The notes under the pieces are model-generated. The model saw nothing but the letters and a program-made list of their open reading frames with translations, had not been told where the DNA came from and did not search any database. Position numbers and translations under genes: made by a program. This document shows positions 12,494 to 23,841 of a stretch of DNA of 64,000 bases, piece after piece (the stretch's first letter is position 1; each line of letters opens with the position of its first letter). This stretch comes from Cyanophora paradoxa CCMP329 (lineage: Eukaryota; Plantae; Glaucophyta): positions 1-64,000 of the forward strand of contig QPMI01000609.1 in assembly GCA_004431415.1 (NCBI GenBank). Direction: 5' to 3'.

Positions 12494-13444
12494 ATGTCCG
12501 CTGCAGGGTTCGGGGAACTCAGTGCAAACTCCGGAAGCATGCACTCTGGGGGTGAGCAGGGCTCCATTACCTTTCAGTGCGCCTTTCCTACTGTCATATC
12601 GGCACGGTACGGATGCCCTGAGACGGGCCAGTGGCAGGATTGGACGGCGTACATGAAGAGCAGAACGGAGGACGGGACCTGGTCCGGTACTACCCTCAAT
12701 CCTCCCGGAGGTTCCTGGGCGCCAATATCGTACGACAGATCCTGGGGTTTCGGGGGCGATCCTGCGTACGGAAGGGGTAAGACGGTCGAGGTGCAGTACT
12801 CGTGTGCGGCGTCCTGTGCCAACGTCCAGGACGGGCGACGCGTTGGAATGGAATGGTGCAGGGTCAACATGGCCAACTTCTGCTCTACCAGGCTGGAGGA
12901 CCAGCGATGTGCGCTCTGGTCCAACACGTACATCAAATCCGCCCGCGATCCCCATACGACGTACGCGGCCATGGACGCCGCGATCGAGACCTACTGCTCG
13001 GGGCACCCCAACGATTCCAAGTGCGCGTGCTGGCTGTTCCAGAAGCAGCTCTACAACAGCATGTACGGGAAGGACGAGCGGGGCGGTATCGTTCCCGCCT
13101 CGTGCGTGGCCCTGGGACCGGGCGGCAACAATCCCTGCACAAAGCCCGGGTACGAGCCCATCCTCCTGACCAAGCTCTCCGGCGGTGCATGCACGGCAAA
13201 CATCCGGAACTGCATTCAAAAGGTGGGCAATCTCACGGGGCTCGGATCCGAGAACGTCAACTTCTCCTGTGAGCTGGGGGGCGGGTCTAGCCTCAACCCT
13301 GTCGCGGGCGGGGGGTCTGGGTCCGGCTCTTCCTCCTCGACGCAGGCTCAGATCATCAAGGGGGTTGACAACAAGGTGCTCTATATTGCAGGCGGTATCT
13401 TTGGTTTCATGTTCCTGCTTGTCGTTCTGAAGAGGTTCCTGTAG
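12494..13444 (+). CDS. Poxvirus A16/G9/J5-like entry-fusion protein with an N-terminal SUEL/Gal-lectin-like domain
   Basis: N-term FQCAFPTVISARYGC...FGGDPAYGRGKTVEVQYSC (SUEL pattern). Cys-rich core NFC..DQRC..W..MDAAIETYCSGHPNDSKCAC..PASC..PC..CTANIRNCIQ. G/S linker and C-terminal TM helix. Confidence 0.7.
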   Translation: MSAAGFGELSANSGSMHSGGEQGSITFQCAFPTVISARYGCPETGQWQDWTAYMKSRTEDGTWSGTTLNPPGGSWAPISYDRSWGFGGDPAYGRGKTVEVQYSCAASCANVQDGRRVGMEWCRVNMANFCSTRLEDQRCALWSNTYIKSARDPHTTYAAMDAAIETYCSGHPNDSKCACWLFQKQLYNSMYGKDERGGIVPASCVALGPGGNNPCTKPGYEPILLTKLSGGACTANIRNCIQKVGNLTGLGSENVNFSCELGGGSSLNPVAGGGSGSGSSSSTQAQIIKGVDNKVLYIAGGIFGFMFLLVVLKRFL

Positions 13445-13446
13445 CA

Positions 13447-15250
13447 CTAAAACTCGATCACAACCAGCCCGTTTCCTCCAGGTCCCGTGGTACCCCCCGC
13501 CGCACAGGGTCCCTCGTAGTCGAGATCATCTGTTCTGGGAGCAGAGGGCCCCGTGTTACCATTGCCCCCTGGAACCGTCAAGGCACCCGTCACACCCGGT
13601 CCGCCAAAGTAACTGGAGCCCCCCCCACCAGCATAGAAGCCTGCACCGCCTCCATAGTACCCCGAGCCACCCCCGCCCCCCGAGTATGCAAAATTGCCCA
13701 CGATCGTACCGCCAGCGTACTTGGAGCCATCGGTTCCTGTGTGGCCGGCACCTCCGCCGGCTGTCTGCGTACCTGGTTGACCTGCTCGCAGTGTGCCTGC
13801 AAAATAGAAGGAGAACTTTCCTCCGGTGAGGCCCCCGCCAACCCCCCCGGGGCCAGTGTTGCCATGGTCAAGATGGCCGCCCCCTCCTCCAGCACCCGCC
13901 GTAATAATATCATCCGTGCCCCCTAGCAGGCGAATAGCAGACCGGCCACCCCCCGATGAGGAGTTTGTGAGGCACTGAACCTGGCCGCCGCCTCCATAAG
14001 GGGCCGCATTCGAGATTGCCGTAGATTTGCCGCCCCCGCCGACTATGATAGTGTACATGGCACCTGGGGTAACAGCCAGAACCCCAGACACGAAGCCACC
14101 CGCACCGCCCTGGTGGCTTCCGGATGCCCCGCCTCCTCCACCGGCCCCCCATAGCTTAACAGAGATCCTCGTGACGCCACCGGGAACAGTCCAGGTCTGG
14201 TCGGCGCCCCTGAATCGGAAGACAACCTTTGGGGCAGGATCGGGCTGCAGGAGCTGGTACCAGACCACAACCAACCCGGGCGATCCGTTATTCGAGCCTC
14301 CATTCCCCCCTGTCCCGGCAGAGGACTCGTAGTCCGCATCTCCTTGGTTGGCGGGAGTCGGGGTTGCCCCTGAATGGGTCAAGCCCCCCGTCACTCTAGA
14401 ATGGGACACAAAGCTGGAACCACCGCCGCCGCCGTTTTGCCCGCCGCCGCCCCCATAATAGCCCCCGCCTCCACCGCCGCCGACAGATGCATTGAGATTG
14501 CCGCCCTTGAATTTCTGGCCGGCCTCTCCGCCCGTTCCCCCAGCGCCCCCTGCTACCTGGGATCCACCGAGACCGCTGTGTGTGTACCCCGAATACCCGT
14601 TTGCACCGCCCACAAGCCCACCTCCCCCTCCCCCTCCGCCGTACTGAATTCCAGCCGACCCCCCTCCTCCGGCAGTGATGAGCTCTTCTGCACCCTCCAG
14701 GATGGCGGACCGTCCGCCTCCAGATCCCATCCCCGTGCTGTAAGTGTGGTAGACCACGTGCCCCCCTCCGCCGTAGACTGGGCTGAGGCAAGCCCCGAAG
14801 TTACCGCCGTACAGCCCTGGGCCTCCGACTACAATCGTCAGCCTTGTTCCGGGGGTGACAGACAGGGTCCCGCCTGCAAACCCACCACCCCCCCCATTGT
14901 TTGTCGACGCGCGTGCCCCGCCCGCACCCCAGAGTTTAATGGTTACGCTTTGGACCCCGTACGGGACGGTCCAATCCTGATCACCCCCCGTGTACCTAAA
15001 AACCGCCTTTTCGGGCGCTGGCGGTGGAAGCAGTACAGGCTTCAAGGGCGGGGACAGGATGCGCAACAGCGAAAGTCCGGACCCCACTGCAATGCTGCCT
15101 ATGCGCTCAAATGCGGCGGAGTTGAGGTACTCACCGAGCCATTCCCTATTTGCGCGGAAGATCTGCAGCGAGGCCCGAGTCGGGACCAGGAGGAGTGTCC
15201 ACGGGGAGAGGTGGGAGATCCCAAGGCTGGCGTAAGTCCTCGGGGCCTGG
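13447..15250 (-). CDS. Glycine-rich protein with two tandem Gly_rich (ALK/LTK-type polyglycine) domains, probable fibre/adhesin; no ATG, probably 5'-truncated
   Basis: Two copies of VFR(Y/F)xGxDQxWTVPxGVxxxxxKLWGAGG...GGGRSAI...ITAGxGG...GYYGGG...GGGGSS...GLVV. The track start at 15087 is GTG and the frame stays open upstream. Confidence 0.75.
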
Positions 15251-15861
15251 TGATCCCATTCCTCGCCCGTGCGACAGGCTCCTGTTCCGGCGGCAGGGTC
15301 GGAGGGGTGGGCTGCACAGGTTCTGGGGCCTTTGCACCCCCTGGAAGGTGGCCGTCGAACTCCCGGTTTGCAAGGAAGGTGACCCCCCCTTGCTCGGAAA
15401 ATAGGGGATCCTGTCTGGCCTCCTTCAGGGTAAGCCCTCCCCTCATGAAGACAGCCTCATCTGTGAGCCTGTCCACGAAAGCACGGAAAGCAGGTCTTCG
15501 CAGGGCCCGAGCTCGTCCTCAAGCGCTGCAACGGCCCTGAGGTACCGTGCACGGGAGCCCTCGTCGTGGATGGATAGGAAGGAGCCCATCAACTTTCCAG
15601 TGATCTGCCTACCGGGCCAAACCCAACCGGCCAAACCTCCTACGATCACGTGCCTGTACCCCATCCCCGTCCAGAATTTGAATTCGGCCAACTGTTATTT
15701 TTTTACAAGAACAACATGGCTACTTTGCTAGAGGTAGCGCACGCAGACAGCAGAAGAGCGGGTCGCCATGATCAGGTTGAAGGGCGTCAACAGGGGACTG
15801 CCACGGGGCCCCCAGGCAAAGAGACCCCCGTACTTGATCTGGGGGACCAGCAAGAACATGG

Positions 15862-16103
15862 CGTGCACGGATCCGGGCTGCCCGCCAGCCCAGCGGAGGG
15901 ACGCTTGCGGTTACTGCGGGCAGGACGGTAGCACGTGCACGGAGGTCCCGTGTGCGCCCGGGCACGTTCGAAATCCGTGCGGGAACGAGTGTATCCACTG
16001 GGAATCTCAGGAGGCCATCGATCGCTTCAATTGCATCTCCAGGCTCCTGGGGAGGGGCAGGAACTTCGAGGATCCCTTCCGCACGAGGTGGGCCCTATGG
16101 TAG
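15862..16103 (+). pseudogene. 3' fragment of a Cys-rich (DACGxCGxDxSxC) protein
   Basis: CTDPGCPPAQRRDACGYCGQDGSTC; same repeat type as 28720-29208. Confidence 0.6.
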
Positions 16104-16111
16104 CTGAAAAG

Positions 16112-16175
16112 TGTGAGGGGCTTGGCCGGTTTTGCTTTCTTTTATACTGTCCCAAAACCGGCCAATCCCCTCATA
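16112..16175. terminator. 23-bp stem hairpin between convergent viral ORF ends
   Basis: tgtgaggggcttggccggttttg / 18-nt loop / caaaaccggccaatcccctcata, with one mismatch and one G-U pair. Lies between stops at 16103 (+) and 16234 (-). Confidence 0.65.
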
Positions 16176-18287
16176 TGAAAAACCGGTACCCCCCTTTTCC
16201 AAAAACTTCACATGATACGGTCACCTGAGCCCATCATATGAAATACCAGTACCCCACATGTCCAAACATAGACTTTACGGGATCAAATTTTCTCCCAGGC
16301 CCGAATAAAGAAGTCCATGGCAGGCATGTATCCGGGGAGTTCCCCTCCGTGGACACCACGCCCGAATGGAAGGAGTACTTCAGCCTCACCCCGCCCGAGG
16401 GGGGTGCGTACAGGATGTGCGCCAACGAGTGCAGGCCCTTTGAGATCCCGATCTCGGGGTGCGCAGACAGGATGCGATGGCGGCCAGGAGATCAGCCGGC
16501 AGTAAAAGTAGCATGGGGGGGTTTGGCCCGTGTCAGTTTTGGTGGCAAGAAATCCCAGATCGGTCCAGAAAAGTACAAACCCATGAAGTTAGACTGGCGG
16601 AAGGTTGCGGGGGCCACAGCGGCGGCGGCGGCAGGCGGGCGGTACCCCGGGGCGGCATTCGGGGCCTGGGACTGGACAGGGTGGTTCTCCCGGCGAGGCA
16701 GGGCCTGGGGCACACCAGCACCCTGACCGTTGAGGACGGAGAGAGACGCGGCCTCAACCATGGCTATATTGAACTGCGAATGGTACTCTAGACTTTAGAA
16801 AAAAAAACCGACCGCACCTCCGACGAAGGACCTGGCCACAACCCAAACGCGACCCAACAATGTCTGCGGCGACATACCACCGTTCCCAGAGCAGCCCGGG
16901 TCCCCTGTTGACGCCGAACCCTACTGGCATAGTGTCACTTTCCGACATAACACCGGGCGAGGCGGAGGAGGCTCTGGGTCGGCACGTTATCGGTTGCGTC
17001 TACTGCCTCGGATATGCGGAGAACGGCGTCCAGGGCGAAGGCTTCCAGGTTTCGCGTGAAATCTGCCCTCTCCCTTTCTTCTCTCATCTGCTTCAGGTCC
17101 TTCGCCCACTCCTGGGCTCGGGTCTGGAGGTTTGTGGGATCTAGGAGCTCCATTGTGATGCACGGTACGAGAGGAGGGGGGAGGTTTGCCGTCCGCGGAT
17201 CAACAGACGTGGCCCCCTTTGCCTGTCTCTCGGCCCTCAGAATCAAAGCCACAAAGCTTCTGGTTCCAGATCAATACTACTCCTGCAACGCTCTACACTC
17301 CAAACGACCTTGTCGGTTTTGCCATGACGGGCATCCGGCTCGTTCGAGGGAGGTCCTGGAGTCCATGGTGCACTTCACGGAGACCACCTGGACGGCCCCG
17401 ACGGCCGGGGGCTCGGGGCAGCGGACGATCTGCAGAGTAGGTGGCCCCCCAGCCGGTATCCCATCCGGTGAGGGATCCCGATTCGGAGGGGGAGGCCAGG
17501 GTGCAAAGGCAGGCCAGCGGATTGGCCCCATTGGCCAGGATAAACACCCCCCTGTCCCGCTTTGCACTGTTGACATCCACGCTGTTTTCCTCGAGTACTC
17601 CCGCCAGGATACGGCCTGTTCGGAGGTGGCACCGGGGGTCTGGCAGGCCTCCTAAGCCCAGGAAGCCCCGAGTTTCATGTCGTAGCATGGGCATGCCCCG
17701 GTAGCGTAATGAAAGGAGGGTACCTCATCACCCCCCGCAAGAACGCGCAGGTCTGCCTTGTCTACACCCCTTTCGGCCCCTACAGAACATCCTGGCAGAG
17801 GTACGACGGTGACTCTCCTCTGCTGCAGACTGTGCACCCTTCTCTGCAAGTAACCTCACTGCAGTAGTAAACCGAATCACACGGGTTACATTTCCCGCAA
17901 AGATATTGTAAGAATCTTCTGGAACGATTCTGTAGAAGCCTGCAACCATCTGCCTGCTCATCTGCTCTAACTCGGCCAATTCCCTGATTACATCATGCTC
18001 TGGGATGTTCATGTTTTGCAACAGTCTGCAGGAGGCACAGGAAAAAGTTTTAGCGGAAGTTCTCCCGGATAAGGCAGAAAGGACCCCAGAACGGCCCTAT
18101 TGCCATTCCAGCCAGGCACTCAAAGCCCGCCTTGACTGCAGCGGTTGCCGGTTTTCTCCGTCGCAGGTCCTTGTGTGCCTCCTCCCATTTTGCTTGAGTG
18201 TCGCCTGTTTTGATGCACCACAGGAAGGAGAACAAGTACAGGGGCTGGGCGACGCCGACGTTTGGAATGGGCGCCGTGTGCCTGAAG

Positions 18288-18566
18288 CTAGTGACCCCGC
18301 TGGGACTCTGGGCGAAAGTGGTGGTGCAGGGAGTGCCTGAATGCGAAAGAAGAGAACTCAGAGAACGTGCATGAATCAAGGAGCCCCCAGCTGGACCTGA
18401 ACTGCTCCAGCGATGCCCAAACCTCCAAGAGATCGTCAATGTGGTCAGCAATCCAGGACGACTCGGCCCTGGTCATGACGTGAGAGTTGTAGGTGTGGCG
18501 CGGGCCCGGGGGGGCGAGATCGCTACCTCTCCTGCGCCCGGCCCCGAATGCGTGAAGTGAGCTCAT
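18288..18566 (-). CDS. Small protein resembling a conserved NCLDV hypothetical family
   Basis: WIADHIDDLLEVWASL..LLDSCTFSEFSSFAFRHS matches the W...DL..W..L...F.DF..F pattern recalled from algal/Imitervirales viruses. Confidence 0.45.
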   Translation of the reverse strand: MSSLHAFGAGRRRGSDLAPPGPRHTYNSHVMTRAESSWIADHIDDLLEVWASLEQFRSSWGLLDSCTFSEFSSFAFRHSLHHHFRPESQRGH

Positions 18567-18657
18567 GCCTGTTGTACGAAAAAGACCTAATTTAGTATAT
18601 TCGGAACGAGAAAGAAAACAGAGCGGCGTCCGGCCGCGCCCGGGCATGGGGTGGCGC

Positions 18658-18966
18658 CTAGTAGTAGTAGTCCTGGCCGTAACCGCCGTAGAAGTCCTGG
18701 GCTGCGGCAACCTTCTTGCCACCCATGGCGGAACCGGCCACGCTAACGAGGGCCAGGAGCAGGCCTGCACAGTTGGCAGCCGTAAGCGTGCCAATCAGGG
18801 CGACCTTCTCCTGGGAGGCGCCCGCATCCTTGGCGCGAGTGATCTCGGTGCCGGCCAGGATTACATTGCAGAGGAAGATGATTCCAAGGAAGATCCAGAA
18901 GATCATACATTTGCCCTTTGCGTTCGGGTCGCAGAACGTGATAAAGCCCGGGAGGTGGAAGGCCAT
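18658..18966 (-). CDS. Small two-TM viral membrane protein
   Basis: 102-aa ATG-to-stop ORF with two hydrophobic helices and an A8 tract ~40 bp upstream. Confidence 0.6.
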   Translation of the reverse strand: MAFHLPGFITFCDPNAKGKCMIFWIFLGIIFLCNVILAGTEITRAKDAGASQEKVALIGTLTAANCAGLLLALVSVAGSAMGGKKVAAAQDFYGGYGQDYYY

Positions 18967-19044
18967 TGCGTGCGAGTGGGAGGCTGTGTGTAGTGTAATG
19001 AAAGAGATTTTTTTTGAACACAGGACCCCTTCTACTCGAAAGAA

Positions 19045-19705
19045 TCAATCCCCTCCAAAGCCGGGTCTCCCGGCGTGGGAGGGACCGGCCCCGGGGTCGT
19101 CCCCAAAATCGGGCCCCGCAAAATCCCCGGACCCCTCCTCCTGCAGAATCACATCAACTCCGGAGACGACCCGGGACGAGATCCGCTTCTGCTTGTACAT
19201 GCGGGTGACGGAACGTTCCGATACCACAAGCTTGCAAGTTGTGAATGCGGTCGAATAGAGCTCCTTGTCCCACTTGGGCTTGTTGACGTTGTTCTCCTTG
19301 CACCAGTTGAAGAACGCTTCCCTGAAGATGCGCTCGGGGCACCATGCCGTGCTTCGGAGGACGACACTCTCGCTCCCGAGGAAGGCATGGACGGGGTTGA
19401 GCTGCATCATCTCGGCCTTGGTCTTCTTGAAGTACTCAGGAACGACAATCCAGATCCCCTGGTTGCCGTACTGCTCGATCGCAGCAAGGTACGCGCGGTT
19501 TCCCTTGACGAGAAGGGCAGGGAGCTCCTCCTTGAGCTTCAGGGGCATGAGGGAGTCGGTGGCCTCCACGGGGCGGTTGAACTCGATAACCATGACACGG
19601 CGAGAGACCGACCCCGAGTTATCGATCCAGCCGGGGCGCTCGTTTCCGGCCAGTATGCCGGGGACGGTCCACCGGACGCTGATGGGCCGCTCACCCTTGA
19701 TTCGG
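19045..19705 (-). pseudogene. D5-like primase-helicase, C-terminal fragment
   Basis: SVRWTVPGILAGNERPGWIDNSGSVSRRVMVIEF...ELPALLVKGNRAYL (SF3 motif C and Arg finger, plus C-terminal domain). Walker A/B absent. Confidence 0.85.
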
Positions 19706-20647
19706 AGGCACGGGTGTAGGAGTTGTGGAATACCAGCTGACTGACGGCGGGGATGCAGGATGCATCGATCGCCGCCTGCTCCCACCGCGGGTGCGTGGAA
19801 TCACCATCGAGCCAGGGCGGCTCCATCGATCCTGTAGACGAGCGTGGCCTCCACTACGGACTGGCCCGCCTGGTTCAACCAGGCCCGGCCCGTATCACCG
19901 CGGGGCGCCGCGGGAATCGCCGGAAAGAAGGAGAGGGATCCTGTCCCTTCTGGTCCCGCGGCCCTCTGCAGCATCAGCCCGGGGACGATGGGAGTGGGGC
20001 AGCCTGTAGTCGGCCCGCATTGTACAGTGTACAGAACGAATACTATCCATACACCGCCCGCATCAGGACGGGCCGGGACATGAATCTCTCCACCTCGGCA
20101 ATGCCCCAGAACTCGCCTCGTCCCTCGAACCTTGAAACGCCCGACGCCCCACCGCAGCCACCGAGGCCGGCGGGGGTGGTGGTGGAAGTGACCAGGAACC
20201 CGCAACCCTCCGAGGGCCGCCCCCGTCCTGAGCCCGCCAGGCCCACCATCCCTTCGCTGGATCACAAAAGCGAGCGAAGGGCGTTCGGCGAGATCCGGTC
20301 AGCCGTCAAGGCCAGGAGCCCGATCGGACCCAACACCTTCCTGCCCAGCGTTAAGATGACGATGGGCGACTTTGCGCTCCGGTACCTTGTGAACAGGATC
20401 CGGAGGCGGGATGAGCTCAGGGAGGCCAGAGAGGGCCCAAAAGATTTTCCGGGCCCACAGGGATCCGACGACCCTGGTGGCTACCATGGACTCTAGCGAT
20501 CGCCCTATGTTTCCGCTGTACTACAGGCTGCCGACCCACACCTTTTTTAACCGGGATGCACGTCGGTCTTACTCGCTCGACTACCCCTCGTTCCGCACCC
20601 CCTCCTTCCGTGATCACAGGATGTACCAGGCGGGACCCTCCCACGAG

Positions 20648-21031
20648 TTGTGGCGTAACTTCTTCGGCTACTTCGATTACCCGACATTCAAGCAGGTGTT
20701 CTCCCAGGTAACCCAGAACTTTGGGGTCATTGTGGGGGATAACACAAAGCCGGGTGCCGCCCGCTCCGAGGACGTGTGCTTCTGGTACCTCGCGGAACAG
20801 CACCCGGCCTTCAGGCTAGGGAGCATGGCTTTTTGGAAGTACCACCTCAAGTACTTTGACCCCAAGGGCGACGATACCTCCGATTCGGATGACGGGTCGC
20901 GGATCCCGGGCGGAGGGGGGAAGGGTGCAAAGGGGGGTGGTGTGCAGGTGCGAAAGGTACCCGCCCTTGGCTTGAGGCCTGGGCCAAGGCAAGAAGAAGT
21001 AGATGAAGATAGCGATATTTCGGATGTTTGA
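20648..21031 (+). pseudogene. A32-like packaging ATPase, C-terminal fragment fused to an unrelated 5' ORF
   Basis: LWRNFFGYFDYPTFKQVFSQVTQNFGVIVGDNTK...EDVCFWYLAEQHPAFRLGSMAFWKYH, typical of NCLDV A32 C-termini. Confidence 0.85.
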
Positions 21032-21413
21032 ATTCAGTCTGGTATACATTCGCAGCGAGTCACGGGAGTAAAACACTGTAACGAGCAAGGATCTCCAGCT
21101 TGGCCCGTTGGGTGTAGGCCCATGCACTCATTGGCTCTTAGGTACTCGTTTCCAGGCTCCCCGTCGTTCTGGCCGTCTCCCAGGCTCGGCGTGGGGCGCA
21201 AAAGAGGTACATCCACAACCCGCTCCGAATTGGGCATGCCGGCAACCCAGGAACGGATCCGGGAGATGCCGATAGTGTACCAGACGCTGAAGGTGGCGGA
21301 GGAGGCATCGCGACGGGAGAGCCTGGCGCTGACCCTCTGAAATGGCATGTCCCGTCCGAACCGGGGTCCCACAGGAGCCACGTAGTAGGGAGGCGTCCAC
21401 TGTTCGGGGCGCC

Positions 21414-21821
21414 TCAGCTGTGACCTGAAACGGATGCCGACGAATATGATCCGCTCGGATTCCGAATCACCCCAGTTTCCGGGATGTCCACCAGAACACC
21501 TGCGAAAAGGGCTAGTTCGTCTCGTTTCGCGGGGGAGGCGGCGCGCAGGGCGGCACGTACCCCCTCGAATACGATGCGCCGGTTCGACAGGTTGGCCTTT
21601 CGGAAGGCTTCCTCCATCAGCACCGAGACAATAGTAAATGCCTTTTCAATGGATTTCGTATGAAGACGGAGCTCGTCGGGCGGAACCCAAGTCATCTTTT
21701 GGGGATCTATACCCTCTATGAAATCTAGAATGGCTTCAATTCGCTCCATCGCGGACACACGCCACTCGGCCCCCCGGTTAAGGGCACCAGGGGGAGGGAT
21801 GGGCGGGGGCAAAAGATTCAT
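21414..21821 (-). CDS. Hypothetical helical viral protein
   Basis: Intronless ORF with an A6 tract upstream. Confidence 0.4.
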   Translation of the reverse strand: MNLLPPPIPPPGALNRGAEWRVSAMERIEAILDFIEGIDPQKMTWVPPDELRLHTKSIEKAFTIVSVLMEEAFRKANLSNRRIVFEGVRAALRAASPAKRDELALFAGVLVDIPETGVIRNPSGSYSSASVSGHS

Positions 21822-21893
21822 ATTCACGTACCTTCTTGCATATGGAAAAAATCGAGACCCGCCAGAGTGCTGTGATAGATAAAGGCCGAGGAA

Positions 21894-22580
21894 TCAGCGG
21901 CGACGTGACCGAGCGCTCGCAAGGGCACGGCGGACCACAGCCGCCGTGGCCCTGCGCACGTATGCATTCGAACGCCGACGAGGAGGGGGTGCGGTCAGCA
22001 GGAGGATCTGGGGCTCCGGAACTGCCATGGCAATGGGAACGGACGAACGCCGGGCCCGCGACCGCTTGGGCTTGGGGGGGCTTTGATACTCCTGGGTAAT
22101 TACAATCCGGGGGTTGTTGGTGAGATACCGTTCCTGCTCATCGATGGTCATATCCGTCCCGAATCTGTCAAGCGCGGGACCATACAATTTGAGCAAGGCC
22201 GCCGTTGGGCCGTTCTTGTTCGCGAGCGATCCCAGCAGCGACTTATTCCCAATTGGCCTCGCGTGAATAACCGCAAGCTCTTCTGGGGTATAATTATTCT
22301 CAATCGACGTGGGTCGCTTGCGTTTACCGCGGCTGGGCCCTGCCTCCACGACCTCAATGTGGTTCTCAGGGATAACAAGACGCCCGGTTCGCTTGAAGAT
22401 TTCCATCATTCCATCTAGCAGACAGGTGGATCCCGCCCTCCGCATCGAATCCCCGGGGTGTGATGGTGCGGATGTAGGGATCGTGCCCCTGTACGATCAT
22501 CGCCGTGTACTCCTGGAGCTTGTGGAATTCAGCCTGGCGGATCAGGACTTCGGCCGCCAGCTTCTGGGGCTGGGTCCAGC
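21894..22580 (-). pseudogene. Hypothetical viral protein fragment(s) with basic C-terminus
   Basis: Overlapping frames 22366-22587 and 21894-22445; no ATG at the 5' junction. Confidence 0.4.
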
Positions 22581-22925
22581 CCCGCAAATTCGAAGACCGT
22601 CTCGTCGATTCCGAACTTGGCAGTGAACGGAACCTTCAGAACAACCTGCTCCGGACCCTGCCCGGTGGGGTTCTTGATCACGTAGATTGCACCGTTGTTT
22701 CCCCTGCCCAGCTCCCCAAGTATGCTGATCTGGGTTCTGCTTGGCTCGAGGTAGAACTGGTCCATGCTCTTGAGTATGCCGGCAACCGGGCCGCTCGCCC
22801 TGCTGGTGGCGATCCTGGACCACGCAAGGAGGCACTCCCGCTTCAGGTCGCCCTCCGAGATCGTGTACCACCTCATGAAAGTTGCGGGATCGGCTGCATC
22901 ATCCTTGGTCTCCCTGGGATCAGAG
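22580..22925 (-). pseudogene. Ser/Thr protein kinase N-lobe fragment
   Basis: ILGELGRGNNGAIYVI...QVVLKVP (Gly loop and VAIK-equivalent); the remainder is missing. Confidence 0.65.
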
Positions 22926-22928
22926 GCG

Positions 22929-23477
22929 CTAAGTCGTCGAAGTGGAGGGGCCGGCACCGGCCTGCGTAAGGAGATCTGCGGTTGTTGTTCCGGTTCCCAG
23001 GCCGGACGAGGATCCCGTTCCGGCGCCGGATCCGGTGCCCGTCCCCTGATCGCTACGGGGGCACCGGGGATCGTTGGGGTTCGCGGCGCAGAACATACCG
23101 ACCACCGTCCTGCAGTCCGATCCCTGGCGCATGGTGCACCCATCGACGCAGGAGTAGGAAACACGGAGATTCTTGGAGCTCTCGTAGGCCGGGTCGCCGC
23201 CCTGCCCGTAGCCCCTGTAGGAATCCACTCCCCAGGTGCCGTCGCCCCCGGCCATCGGAGAGAGGGTGGTCCCCGGCCACGATGTGTTCTCCACCCTCTG
23301 CTGAAGATGCGCCGTGAAGTCCGCATTCTGGTGACTCGGGCACGTGAGGTCCGTTCCTGTACCGTAGCAAGCCTTGATGATCTTGGGAAACTGGCACGAG
23401 AACACGAGGGGTGTCGTCACTGCATCCGCCCGATCTATGTTGGGGTGGCGAATGGGATCAACTGCAAAGGAGCTCAT
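22929..23477 (-). CDS. Paralog of the lectin-A16/G9-like protein, short or truncated
   Basis: FSCQFPKIIKACYG...GGDPAYESSKNLRVSYSC...FCAANPNDPRC aligns by eye with 12494-13444; no TM tail. Confidence 0.7.
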   Translation of the reverse strand: MSSFAVDPIRHPNIDRADAVTTPLVFSCQFPKIIKACYGTGTDLTCPSHQNADFTAHLQQRVENTSWPGTTLSPMAGGDGTWGVDSYRGYGQGGDPAYESSKNLRVSYSCVDGCTMRQGSDCRTVVGMFCAANPNDPRCPRSDQGTGTGSGAGTGSSSGLGTGTTTADLLTQAGAGPSTSTT

Positions 23478-23532
23478 TCCAGGTAATCCTATTCTGTCCT
23501 GATATTTTTTTGTGGTGCACTACGAAATAACA

Positions 23533-23841
23533 ATGGCGGATTCCAACCGGTACACGGAAGAGGAGGAGCAGGGGGGCGTTCAACGATGGCCCACGAAGCG
23601 GGCGAGGGTGCTGACGGCCCTCGGCATCGCCTGGGTCCTGGCCGGGCTAGCGGGGTTTGTATGGAGCGTGGTGTGCCTCTCCAGGAAGGGTGATTCTTGG
23701 GCCAAGGCGGGTGGGCTGATCATGTCCGCCGCGCTGGGCCCCTTCTACTGGCTGTACTACTACCTCGCCCGACGGAATGGGGGTACGTACTGCAGATCGA
23801 ATCCGGCTTTCAACCGTGGTTCGGCAGGCCTCGAGCGCTAA
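23533..23841 (+). CDS. Two-TM membrane protein of a family recalled from algal/Imitervirales viruses
   Basis: WVLAGLAGFVWSVVCL..GD..AK.GGL...LGPFYWLYY...YC motif. Confidence 0.6.
   Translation: MADSNRYTEEEEQGGVQRWPTKRARVLTALGIAWVLAGLAGFVWSVVCLSRKGDSWAKAGGLIMSAALGPFYWLYYYLARRNGGTYCRSNPAFNRGSAGLER

Noticed and set aside
15070-15087. N-myristoylation motif MGSGLS on the Gly-rich protein
   Set aside because: The apparent Met is a GTG inside a frame that stays open upstream.
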